Source: Octopus bimaculoides
Taxonomy: Eukaryota
Reading direction: 5' to 3'
Assembly (NCBI RefSeq): GCF_001194135.2
Contig: NC_069004.1
Coordinates: forward strand, 21,231,582-21,295,581
DNA: 64,000 nt
Shown in pieces: positions 24,511 to 38,289 of the stretch (position 1 is its first letter; the number at the start of each line of letters is the position of its first letter). Under the pieces are notes generated by a model that saw only the letters and a program-made list of their open reading frames with translations, made no database searches and was not told the origin of the DNA. A program made the translations under genes and the position numbers.

Positions 24511-26456
24511 AATTTAAATAAACACAACTCACCATATATAGTAACTATGCTAGTTACAATAATGATTATAATAATTAATGATATTTATACTAATACTATT
24601 ACTAATAATCCTTTCTACTATAGGCACAAGGCCTGGAATTTGGTGGAGAGGGATAGTGAATTACATCAATCCCAGTACTCAACTGGTACTTCGTTTATTG
24701 ACCCCGAAAGGATGAAAGGTAAAGTCAATCTCGGTGGAATTTGAACTCAGAACTTAGCAGCAGACGAAATACCGCTAAGTATTTTGCCCAGTGTGCTAAT
24801 GATTCTGCCAGCTTGCTGCCTTGATACTACTACTAACAATAATATGAATTGAGGGTATAAACCCAATATAAGTAAAATATCTCTGAATAAATAATATACT
24901 CCATACAGTAACATGTAAACAAAACTTCTACAATTGAAATCCAAATAAACATTTTAAAACCATGTTTCATCTGTGATAACAGCAGAGGTGATTATAAACC
25001 CAACATTCCATCGAATATAAAGAGTAACGCTATTACTTCCAACTGAATACTAACACAGGACGCTTGTTTGAATCAGTTCACTTTGAAAACGTTGTGAGTG
25101 ATGAACCCTTGATGAAATTGCAACGACTAGAATGCATAATTGCATACAAGGCAATGTGCAGTCACTGTAGTTGAAACATGCATAGGTCAGATGTATATGC
25201 CGTAGAAAAGTTTTTGGATGTGAATAAATCTCCACCCTTCCTTTCATTATCAAAGTTACAGCATCGCTTTACTGGCACGTGAAAAAACATTTGAGCGAGG
25301 TTGTTGCCAGTGCCACTGGACTGTCTCCTGTGCAGGTGGCATGTAAAAAACACCATTTGAGCGTGGCCGTTGCCAGTACCGCCTAACTTGCCCTCGTGCC
25401 AATGGCACGTAAAAGCACCCACTACACTCTTGGAGTAGTTGGCGTTAGGAAGGGCATCCAGCTGTAGAAACTCTGCCATATTAGATTGGAGCCTGGTGCA
25501 ACGATCTGGTTCGCCAGTCCTCAGTCAAATCGTCCAACTCATGCTAGCATGGAAAGCGGACGTTAAACGATGATGATGATGATGATGCGTATATATATAA
25601 TATATCTATACTATAATGGAGAAAGCCACTTATCAATTAGGTATGTAACAATTACTAAAAGTACTAAAAGAAAGCAATTATTAAAGGGTTGACTGTCTGG
25701 AAATATTTTTATAAATTCATGTCTTAGAAATTTCCTATAATTTCTATTTCTCAAGGTTATTGAATTTTTAAACTCCAGTTTGTTGCAAATTTAAATATTC
25801 ATTGCATCCAATTCATCACAAATTTAAATATTCATCACATTCACTGCAGAGTATTCCATTTTCATTTGCAAAGTCTCTCACTTTCTCTTTTAATGTTTTC
25901 ATTTTAAGTTTTAATTTGCTATTTGGAAAACTGACAGTTTATTCTATTAATGTATACATAATGTAAAAACATTATTTATTGAATGAAAATTTCTTAAAAT
26001 ACCTGTATAATTTTTGTAAAAAAATTTAAAAGTGATTTTGTTATTATGGCTGTTTGGAACGTTGTACGCCTTACAATGATAACTATCCAGACCAATTTTA
26101 GCCATTTTCCTCTTTAACNNNNNNNNNNNNNNNNNNNNNNNNNNNNNNNNNNNNNNNNNNNNNNNNNNNNNNNNNNNNNNNNNNNNNNNNNNNNNNNNNN
26201 NNNNNNNNNNNNNNNNNNNNNNNNNNNNNNNNNNNNNNNNNNNNNNNNNNNNNNNNNCTGTTAAACACATTTTATGGAATGATGATGCCGAAGTAATATG
26301 TGTAGTCCATTGATGGAAAAATAAAAAAATAAATTGTAATCCAAATTTTACCCCCACCTCAACCAAGCAAAGCTGTGTGTGTAAGAAAAAACATTTTCTA
26401 ACCAAAAAGTATGCTATTAAAATGAATTATTGTTTACATAACTCTTTTTTAAAATC

Positions 26457-26731
26457 AACAACAATTGCAGCATGGCAGATGTTTGTAAGCCATTCAAGAA
26501 CACACAAAAAGTTTCACTCCAACATTTAAATTTCATTTGTGTCAAAACATTCTTGTTGCTTTGAAACCGTAGCGTGTTCACTGACAAAATTTCGTGCTGC
26601 ATCACTTTTGTGAAGTTTTGTCAGTGAACAGGTTGTGGTTTCAAAGTGACAAAATATTTTGACACAAATGAAATTTAAATGTTGGTGTTGTTGAATGGCT
26701 TAACACCTTCCACACTGCAATTGTTTTTGTT
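26457..26731. repeat. Long imperfect palindrome (foldback/MITE-like)
   Basis: Arms such as ccaacatttaaatttcatttgtgtcaaaa / ttttgacacaaatgaaatttaaatgttgg and gttcactgacaaaa / ttttgtcagtgaac around a short loop. Confidence 0.85.
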
Positions 26732-27544
26732 TCAGCACATGATCTCAAATCAAATCACTTGCTATTCAAGTACATCTCAGTAATTTTTTAAAATCACTGT
26801 GGATAAATGCCAGCAATGACCTTCTCAGACTTTCCAATATTTTAATTTCTAAACAGAAATAATTGGGAGCAGGAAGTGGGGTTGCAAAAAAAATTCATAA
26901 TTTCTCAAATTTCCTTTTTTATAGCATATAAATGTATTTATGGGGGAAAAATATTGAAAAAACATCAATACATGTGAGAGTAATAAAGAAACGAGGAGGA
27001 TTCTCTTTGGATGTGTTAAAATCAACAGCTAAATTACCCTTAAATCACTCACTTTTCCCTCTGAAAATATTAACAATTTTTTTTTTTTTTACCAAAAATG
27101 CTCTTCCCATGGTTTTGAAGTGCAAAAGATACCCATTTTCTTGAAAGTTATGAGGGAAAGAAGTCAGATCATGTAAGATTTTCAAAATTCCTCTCTACAC
27201 CCCCCTGGAAAAATTATTTCCCATAAATCTCTATATACTCTGCAGCCACAATACCTAAGTGGTACTTGTAGAAAATTTTGTTTAAAAGTATCCATTTTTC
27301 TGGATGTTATGAGGCAACAAAACAGGGTGGGGTGCATACATCTGTAGTAATACCCCTTTTCATTTCATGTTTATTTCATTCATTGTTTACAGTGTTCTCT
27401 CTCCCCACTCTCTCTCTTTCACACACACACTGCAAAGCTTACAGATGGGCTGCTGAATTGTAATCTCTATGTTGCTTTGAGGAAAAAGTAAAACTTGACA
27501 AATTGCTTCTCTCTCTGTTGTTGAACTACCATGATGTTTGTTTA

Positions 27545-30139
27545 CACTGGGCAACAAATTTATTTTTGTCATGCTATTTGAACCTTTTCAGCTGATTTAG
27601 GGTAACTTTAGGGTGCTGAATCCGAATCTGACATCAATTTTCAGACAGCATGTGTAGTTTTTTAGTTATTCACAGCATCAGATTTTCCAACCAATTGATA
27701 ATATTGACAAAGTAATAGGCTATTTGCTTTCGATTTTCAATCATATACCCATCACTGAAACAAAAATAAGTGCTGATAGAGAGAAATGTAGGCTACCTGT
27801 TAAATTGCCACACAAGATGAGGATTTATTTTACTTTGTTATCACTGTAATTATAAAAAAGTTCTCAATGGAGGCTATTGATATTAGACTCCTTTTCTTGA
27901 TAACTGCTAGTGCTGTTAAAACAAAGTACATCAAATAAGAGAGCCAGGTTATATGAAAAGAAGTTTAGTAGTAAGTTTAGTTATTTATTAAAGTGATCAA
28001 TGTTTGAAATTTAGAGATGGAAAAAATTGGTCGTGACAGCCATAGCTTCATTACATTCTGTAATAATTTCAATGATTTTTTTTGAGAAATATATTTTGAT
28101 GTTTTAAAGTAACATTTACAGTTAATTAGTTTTATATTTTAGTTTACTGATAGGCTTTCTTGAGTGTTGAGTTAGCTTATTACGGTATGTATTTATGATG
28201 AGCAGAAAAGTTTGTGTTAATCACCTGGACAGCTTTTGTTATGTGTGGAAAATTTACGCCAAAAGATCAGAGAAACAAGCTTACAAAGAAAGTTTTAAAT
28301 GCTTACAAGCTTTACTTTGGATGCAAAGTTGGGGACCAAGATAAACTGTGGGTGCCTCATGTTTGTTGCAAAAACTGCTACATAGCACTAACCCAATGGC
28401 TGAATGGTAAACGGAAAAGTATGCCATTTGCAGTACCAATGATATGGTGTGAGCGAACAAACCACTATACCGATTGTTATTTCTGCTTAACTAACATCAC
28501 AGGTTTCTCTAAGAAGAACAAATCCAAGATTGTTTATCCAGATTGCCCTTCAGCTTTAAAACCAGTTGCTCATGCTGCTGAAAACATTCCAATTCCAGAA
28601 CCTCCTTCATCTTCTGACAAAAATAGTTTAAGTGAAGAAAGTATTGCATCTATTTCAACTGATGGCATGCCAAGTGATACAGCAGATTACTGTGATGAAC
28701 CAGGATCTTCAAAAAAAGTTCCTCATTTATTAAGTCAACTTGAGTTAAATGATTTAGTTAGAGACTTGGGTATAACAAAAGAAAAGTCAGAACTGCTGGG
28801 CTCCAAGTTGAAACAATGGAATCTTTTACACAATGGTGTAAAATGCTCGTATCTTTGAAAATGGCCTAGAGAATTGCATGAATTTTTTACGGAGAACGAC
28901 AGTATTTGTTTTTGTTGTGATGTTGAAGGACTCCTACATGGAGAGTCTCCTGAAGAATGGAGACTCTCCATGTAGGAGTCCAACAAAGCAAGCCTAAAAG
29001 CTGTTTTGCTGCATAATGGCAGTCGAAACCTTAAATACCACTAGCACATGCTGCAGGATTAAAGGAAACTTATAAATCAATGGATAAGATTTTGCACTTG
29101 ATTAAATATTCTGAGCACATGCAGGGACTTGAAAGTTATTATTTTGCTTTTTGGATTGCAAATGGGGTATACAAAGCATCAGTGCTGTTTGTGCCTTTGG
29201 AACAGCAGAGATGACAAGCATCACTATGATCAAAAGGAGTGGTCAAAGAGAAGTGATTTCACTCCTGGGAGATATAATGTTAAATATATCCCTTTAGTTG
29301 ACCCTCAGAAAATTTACCTGCTTCACTTACACATTAAACTTGGCTTGTTTAAGAATTTTGTTAAGGCCATGAATGAAGACGGTGAAGGATTCAAATATCT
29401 CAGTGAAAAATTTGTTTCTAGCAAGAGTGAAGCTAAGATCAAAGCTGGTACTTTTAATGGACCAGAAATTTGCACACTAATTTGGGATGAGATTTTTCAA
29501 GAAAAATTAAGTTTGTTTCTCTTGTAAAAAAAGTTTTTGGGAAATGAAAAATCATCTAACTACATGGCAATTGTGAATGATTTTTTTGAAAGCTTATAAG
29601 CAACTTGAGGCAAGAATGTCTCTAAAAATTCATTTTCTTCACTCACATTTTGACTTTTTTTCACCCAATATGGGTGATGTAAGCAAGGAGCATGGCAAAT
29701 GATTTCATCAAGAAATCAAAGAGCTAGAAAGCTGCTACAGTGACAGACTTACACCAAACATGCTGATGGACTACTGCTGGTTTTTAAAATGTGAAACTGA
29801 CATGCAACATAAGCTTAAAAGAAGACGCCAAAGCTATTTTTGAAAAACATAAAATTAATAATATTCACTTTACACTTTTGTTTTGTATTTTATTGGTTTT
29901 AGAGTTACTTGTCTACCTAGTTGCTATTGTTCTTATACCAAATAATGGTAATTTACACTTAACATAACATTCATTTTATTTGTCATGAATTTTCACATTA
30001 TTGTAATTTTGATAGCAGTTTGATAATGATAGCGCGAAAACATGACATACAAAAATGATTGCAGATTTGGAATCAGCACTCCCAAAATACCTATGAACAC
30101 CATTTCGTCTAATAGTAGCAAAAATTTTGTTGCCTAGTG
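27545..30139 (+). mobile_element. Chapaev3-like DNA transposon, near full length but disrupted
   Basis: TIRs CACTGGGCAACAAATTT / AAAATTTTGTTGCCTAGTG flanked by TA; transposase from ATG 28198 (MSRKVCVNHLDSFCYVCG..GDQDKLWVPHVCCKNC..VPMIW..NHYTDCYFC) to RMSLKIHFLHSHFDFF..MDYCW at about 29843, with frameshifts. Confidence 0.82.
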
Positions 30140-32280
30140 TAGGTTATCAGGTGGCTGGCTGGCTTCCTGAAGTTGGTGTTGTAGATCAATAGGTTATTTG
30201 CATGACAGAACTCCAGTAGCCTTGTTCCCTCTTCGTTTCAGGAACCAATTCCATGTACACCATGAAAGATACCAGGTTGCTGTCCGACATGTCCACTAAA
30301 ATCTCCAGCCACAAGGATGAGATCATTGTCACCCGTCTTTGAGGTAGCCTGCAGAAAAATACCATAAAAGTGATCCTTCTGTTCATTTGGCAAGCCTGCT
30401 TGTGGGGCATAGGCAGAGCTAATTGTAGCTATACTATTCTGCAAGATTAGCCTGAGTTTAAGCACTCTATCGCACACTCTGACTACCTCTATGACCTTAT
30501 CCACCCATTTCTCTGCAAGAAGTATGCCCACTCCCCCTACTCCATCACTGGTACCTTTCCAGAGGGGTTTATACCTACGTGCCTTGCCATGAAGGGACCC
30601 TGGCTGAAGCTCCTCTCCACCTTACCTCTTGTATGCAACATACATCAACATGCCTCCGTTCAAGCATCTCTACAATCTTGCTAGACCTACCTTTCAATGT
30701 GCCTACATTTACAGTGCCAACTCTGAAAATTGGGAAAGGGATGTGGGAGGAAACAGGAGAGATGTTATTCAGCATCTGAAGAGAAGGTTACCACGAGTGA
30801 CTGTGTGGTAAGTAGCTTGCTTACCAACCACATGGTTCTGGGTTCAGTCCCACTGTGTGGCACCTTGGGTAAGTGTCTTCTACTATAGCCTCGGGTCGAC
30901 CAAAGCCTTGTGAGTAGATTTGGTTGACGGAAACTGAAAGAAGCCCGTCGTATGATGTATATATATATATGTTTGTATGTCTGTGTTTGTCCCCCCCCCC
31001 AACATCGCTTGACAACCGATGCTGGTGTGTTTACGTCCCCGTAACTTAGCGGTTCGGCAAAAGAGACCGATAGATTAAGTACTAGGCTTACAAAAGAATA
31101 AGTCCTGGGGTCGATTTGTTTCGACTAAAGGCGGTGACTGAAACAAATAAAAAGTAAAAGTGATCGTTTGATATCAGACGTTATAACAGTTATCCTCGCT
31201 TTGAACCTACCGTCATTCAAACGTTAACATTGCTCAGGCTGTTGCCTCTACGGGCAGGGGCGGGGGAGTAAGGAAGCATTGTATATGAAAGTATTTTGGG
31301 CGTTGTAAATGTAAGCGTTATGAGCATTGTGGATATAAGCATTACTGGTGCTGCAGCTATAAATAAAAATATAAAAATAAATGTCGTAGCAGTATAAATA
31401 TGCCAATGCTAAATTAAGCAAGCGGGCTGCTATCTGGTTTGGTTAGTCCAGAGAGGGGTGAGAGTACCAATATAAGAGAAGAGATAAACAGTACAGGATA
31501 GGGGAATTTCCGGTAAGAGCAACGGGATGTCCGCTAAGAGAAACGAGATTTCCGGTATTGGTGGTGGGGGCGGGAGACGTTGGGCACAAACACGAATAAG
31601 AGGGAATCATTTTCGGGAGTAGTACACGCAAGAAAGTATTATTACGAAATATGTATATTTTTGTAGCCAAGAAACATGGAAAGGATGATTTTAGAGGGAG
31701 AGATTACAATTTGGAAGTTATTTGATGAATTAATATGTTTACAGTTTACGAGAGTGCGGGTTAGATGGATGAATGAATGAGGCGATTAAAAACGAGGAAT
31801 TCTGAGCTTAGCTATGCATATTTTTGAGTGCCATCAAACGGCCAAACGCATGGAATAAACTGCATGAAAGTGTGGGGGGGGCACCTGTGGAGGCCCCTTA
31901 TGTTCACGATGGCCGGGAATGGACAAAGGTGACAGTTTTTGCTCAAGGGAGTAGAAGAAATAGCAATAAGTAGCCATTGCAACTAGGAGCAGGAGAGATA
32001 CGGACAAGAAAGAAATTATCTTAGAGAACAGAATGAAATATATAGGAGGTTTGCAAAAGTTTCTACTACCATAACAGCCTCTTCTGTGTGTTACATCTCA
32101 CTTGGATCTTACCACTTTTGAGGTTCCACTCGCTATGAAGCATATGTAGCCCAGATTTCCGATATTCCATTCCATAACTCCTGTATTCTTTTTCGCACAC
32201 TCGGCAACCTTGGTTGCTTACAAGAAATATAAAAAGTACTTTTTACATTTTTTCAGCTCATCGTTCTTTGATAAAAGGAA
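30140..32280 (-). mobile_element. RTE LINE 5' part (APE endonuclease plus leader), interrupted by a SINE
   Basis: FRVGTVNVGTLKGRSSKIVEMLERRHVDVCCIQEVRWRG; GILLAEKWVDKVIEVVRVCDRVLKLRL..SAYAPQAG..AGDFSGHVG; left end abuts the Chapaev3 TIR; right boundary approximate. Confidence 0.8.
30793..31158 (+). mobile_element. tRNA-derived SINE (family A), CpG-rich and low divergence
   Basis: Full head-to-tail copy; absent at the equivalent position of the RTE copy near 60420. Confidence 0.8.
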
Positions 32281-32849
32281 AGAACCCCCCCCCCCCCNNN
32301 NNNNNNNNNNNNNNNNNNNNNNNNNNNNNNNNNNNNNNNNNNNNNNNNNNNNNNNNNNNNNNNNNNNNNNNNNNNNNNNNNNNNNNNNNNNNNNNNNNNN
32401 NNNNNNNNNNNNNNNNNNNNNNNNNNNNNNNNNNNNNNNNNNNNNNNNNNNNNNNNNNNNNNNNNNNNNNNNNNNNNNNNNNNNNNNNNNNNNNNNNNNN
32501 NNNNNNNNNNNNNNNNNNAAACTTCCGTCTCAATAAACCACTATTGTTCCTGAAAGTCGTTTTTTTATATTCACTACGGAATGCTCGAAGCTAAACTTTC
32601 TTACACATCGATCCCTTATGTGTGTGCATATACACACGCACAAACACATATACATATATATATGTACATATATATATATATATAACTACACTCTCGGAGT
32701 GGTTGGCGTCAGGAAGGGCATCCAGCTGTAGAAACTCTGCCAGATCAGATTGGAGCCTGGTGCAGCCATCTGGTTCACCAGTCCTCAGTCAAATCGTCCA
32801 ACCCATGCTAGAAAGGAAAGCGGACGTTAAACGATGATGATGATGATGA

Positions 32850-34330
<1,481 letters not shown>

Positions 34331-34569
34331 GTGGAAAGTATACATTCTAGTTTAGAGAAAATGACGTCATCAGCTCTGACTGTTGTNNNNNNNNNNCACA
34401 CGTGTATATATACATAAATATATGTATATAGCATAGATAAATATATACATATATATATGTGCGTGTGTGTGTATAACGGTTTGATTATCTGGTTTATAAC
34501 GATGTGGATCGCCAGTTTGTAACAGTGTTCGTTGAAGTAAATTACAAAATATTAAAAGTTTCGTCCCTT

Positions 34570-34730
34570 CTGATATTAATTCTTGGACTCATGTATTTGT
34601 ACGTAATGATGCCACCCATCACTCACTGAATTATAAATACACTGGACCTTTAAAGTGTTGTCAATTAAAGATAAAACTAAGACCTTGGATATGTATGGTA
34701 AAAAGGAAATTGTCAGTTTAGACAAAAACT
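34570..34730 (+). mobile_element. Gypsy integrase C-terminal (GPY/F) relic
   Basis: WTHVFVRNDATHHSLNYKYTGP(F)KVLSIKDK..GKKEIVSLDK with a 1-nt shift; parallels WTHVFIRNDSVKGSLTSPYSGPYHVL near 44200. Confidence 0.65.
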
Positions 34731-35185
34731 AAAAAAGCTTCATGTCACGAGAATAAAAATTTGGGCTACACATTTCAAAATAACTAGAAACAGAACAATT
34801 CACAAGACAGCGAATTTAAGGTTGAGGAAAAGATCCACAAGTCACTTTTAAAATCACCTAACAGCGAAAAGAAAACTAGAAGTGGTTCCCAAAAGACTTT
34901 CTCAGTTTGTTTGAATATATTCCTCATGGACTTTTTATTCCTGGAATTAAAAAAAAAAAAGATTTTAAAATTTTTTCTAGGGAAATTATTTTGAACAATT
35001 TGATAAACTTTCCATGAACGCTGTAAAACTGTGATACGCGGTTATTTTCATTTGTTTAACATGTGGACTCATTTGTATATTTGACTTCCTAAAAATATTA
35101 ATTTCAACTATGTATTGAAATATATTTGTATTATTCTTTTTTTTTCGCGAAATTTTAACAATTTTTCTGGTTGAGGGCTTATGTA

Positions 35186-36090
35186 GTGTAGCAAGTCATA
35201 ATAAACCTTTATCGGCGGTAATATGACGTAATGGTCATGTTACCCGAATAGGCATAATTGCTAGTTTCCCATTGGTTAAAATTACTGCCCATATTTGAAT
35301 TCTAACTTTCGTCAAAGAGAAATCTTTCACGAAATACGGTTCTTAGAATTCAGGTATGCGCAGTTATAAAAACCCCGATTGTTTGGGAAATTAATCAGTG
35401 TTCGTTGGGTGTCACTCGATTCCACGACACTCACTCTCAAGATATTGGTTATTGCCATGCCATGTCTCTTATCTAATTCAACAAGACTATTTTGAATTGT
35501 TGTTTAAAACTCCTGTAGCTTAGTTATGGAAGAATTAGTTAATATAAATTTTATGTCGTAATTCTCTACGACAGTTTTCTTTTGACTTACAAAATGTACT
35601 GTAAATATTAAATGAACGTAAATAAACTAATTTAGTAAATAATTTCCTTTTCTTCATTTTCTTCAACCTGTTGATGAAATTTATTTCTGCAACTATGAAA
35701 CTGTTATTAGAGCGGTGAAAAAGAGCTAGCTTTATTATCTTCAACATATATGCACGTTCAGCGTCTTGTGGTGTGTATAATTCACCAGCCTGAGTTAAGA
35801 TTTATGTATGGTGATAAATGATTATAATTAAGTTATAAATGATGGGTTTATCACCATAGTTTCCTATTCAAGAAATAATTATATTCATTATCTCTTCCAA
35901 GTCAAACCTGTTATAAACTGACGATTCACACCGATAATCAAAACCGTTCGAGTGACACCCAACGAACATTGATTAATTTCCCCAAAATCGGGGTTTTTAT
36001 AACTGCGCATACCTGAATTCTAAGAACCAGGCAACATGACCATTACGTCATATTACTGCTGATAAAGATTTATTATGACTTGCATCGCTA
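35186..36090. repeat. Pair of ~150-bp inverted repeats around a ~520-bp spacer
   Basis: 35186-35420 and 35945-36090 are reverse complements (caagtcataataaa..gacgtaatggtcatgtt..ggttcttagaattcaggtatgcgcagttataaaaaccc); the left arm has an extra ~95 bp. Confidence 0.85.
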
Positions 36091-36114
36091 CACACACACA
36101 CGCACACACGCACG

Positions 36115-36162
<48 letters not shown>

Positions 36163-36180
36163 AATGGAGTTAAACGTAGG

Positions 36181-36805
36181 TGTTATTCAAATTCTTTTAC
36201 TTCCGATACATGTTTCGAAGATATCACTGGTATTATTCTAAAAGACCACAATAAATAATTTAATTTAGATTGGTTGATTCTTTCAATTTCGATACCTTAT
36301 GATAAAGGCATGGAATTCTGTCTCCTCTGTAATTCTGAACTATTTTTGATTCTTTTTTCTAAAAATCCCCTTGTAAACACGGTTACAGAGCGTGCATACC
36401 GATGTAAACATTGGCAGAAGCAATTATATATAATTTAAACATTAATTTTCTTCTTACATTTCACATTCACTAGATATATCTTTTTCCATGACTTTAAGGC
36501 TTTATTTAATTTACATACCGTTCTATACTTCTCATTTATTTGGGGTGTTTTTTCCTTTACTCCTCCTCTTTCTATAGGCTACCTTTGACATTATATCCTC
36601 CAACGTTTTCTTAAAAATAAACTTAATAGCATTCAGTTAATCACTATACATATCCATCATATTCTGTTAAAATGTCTTATTGATGAGTTTCATTTCTTCA
36701 TTTCCCTGAAGAGAAGATTACATTGTTTTACACCATTTAATCCTTTGGAATAATACCAGTGATATCTTCGAAACATGCATCGAAAGTAAAAGAATTTGAA
36801 TAACA
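36181..36805 (+). mobile_element. Element bounded by 58-bp inverted repeats carrying a hammerhead-like motif
   Basis: 36181-36238 and 36748-36805 differ at 2 positions; the right copy completes ttcc-CTGAAGA-gaagat..atcttc-GAAAC-atgc-ATC-gaaag. Confidence 0.6.
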
Positions 36806-36968
36806 TTTATTTATTTACATATATTATACAAAATATTTCATGTTAACCAGGAGTTTCTACCTTTAAAAACAAGGAGTTACACCCTTTTTACTTGTGTGAT
36901 TTTTTGCTACCCTGGTAACTATTTATAAATTTTTCCGTGCTAATTGTTAACAAGAGAAAAAAAAACAC

Positions 36969-37071
<103 letters not shown>

Positions 37072-37799
37072 GGTCTCTCTCTCTGTATTTGCAATCTGAT
37101 TTCATTTCTGCTAGCATTGACTTCAGGTACGTGATTGCAACCAATAACTGGGACTCCTTTTAACATAGTGAAAAACATAGAGAAAGACATAGTGCTAGAT
37201 ATTAAAAAAATAAGCTATTTGGGGCTAGAAATAAAGCGGAAAACGTGAAATTTTTTGAGCAGGCACGTGTCTTATGTGAAATCTGTGATGAGCCCGAGTG
37301 ACGCTAATGACCTGGAGTCGCCCCTGGTAATACATACATGACGAGTTGAAAGTTGTGCGCCTTTATGATTGATATGAATCTTAATTCTATAGCTATCTAA
37401 TGCTATTTTAGGCCTGCAACCACCAGTATTATTGTTGTTATTATCAACTATTTATATTACAATAATAATATCTATATTAATATTCAGTTCTGAATATTTA
37501 ATCCTTATTACTATGTTTACACTGGAGCTGTTCTGATCTTGGTGCATAACAATTCAGAACGCCAACAGACTTCAACGTGAGGAAGGTAATGCTTTTCGCC
37601 AGAATCAGAATTCATGATCCAAGTATATCCAAATACCAAAATAAATAGCATTGGGCTATATAGGTACGTTAAAAATTCTTTAAGCCATTAGCCCAAACAC
37701 TGTTGATTTTCTGTCGTATTTTTCAGTATTATTGGTGTTTAAATGAGAGTTTTAACTCCTCTTTCTAGCAGGTAGGCGCCTTGTGCGCCCTTATCATTG

Positions 37800-37867
<68 letters not shown>

Positions 37868-38289
37868 TCACACATACATACATATACAGTTTTTTCGCAT
37901 GATGTAACAATTTTATTCATCAATAAGAAAACTCGTTTGAAACAGCTGTAGTGATGACATCTTGTCTTCTCTCGCACACCGAGATATGGTGGGTGCAACG
38001 CAAATTCATCGGAAGGGACTTGGTTTTGGCGCAGATCAGTTCAGACTGTTTGCAAGTAAGATGCAGAGCGAACGCAGATCTGTTGTTAGCAACAGCGTCA
38101 AAACGAGGGAAACAGAGAGAAGAGAGCTTCATTTGATCCAATGCATTCAACAAGGACAGATGACGAGATGAGAGGAACATGTTTTTGAGATGAGATATGG
38201 AGGTGGACCACATCTCGGCTAAGTTTTCTGATTCGTTCATTCTATGATGTTTTATCATCACCTACAAATCTAGGAAGATGGAATAATAT

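Noticed and set aside
37280-37340. Possible C/D snoRNA (GTGATGA box)
   Set aside because: No D box (CTGA) at a suitable distance and no terminal stem.
37895-37955. GAAAC-AGCT-GTA half-motifs here and at about 56875-56890(-)
   Set aside because: No acceptable CUGANGA box upstream; at best heavily decayed.
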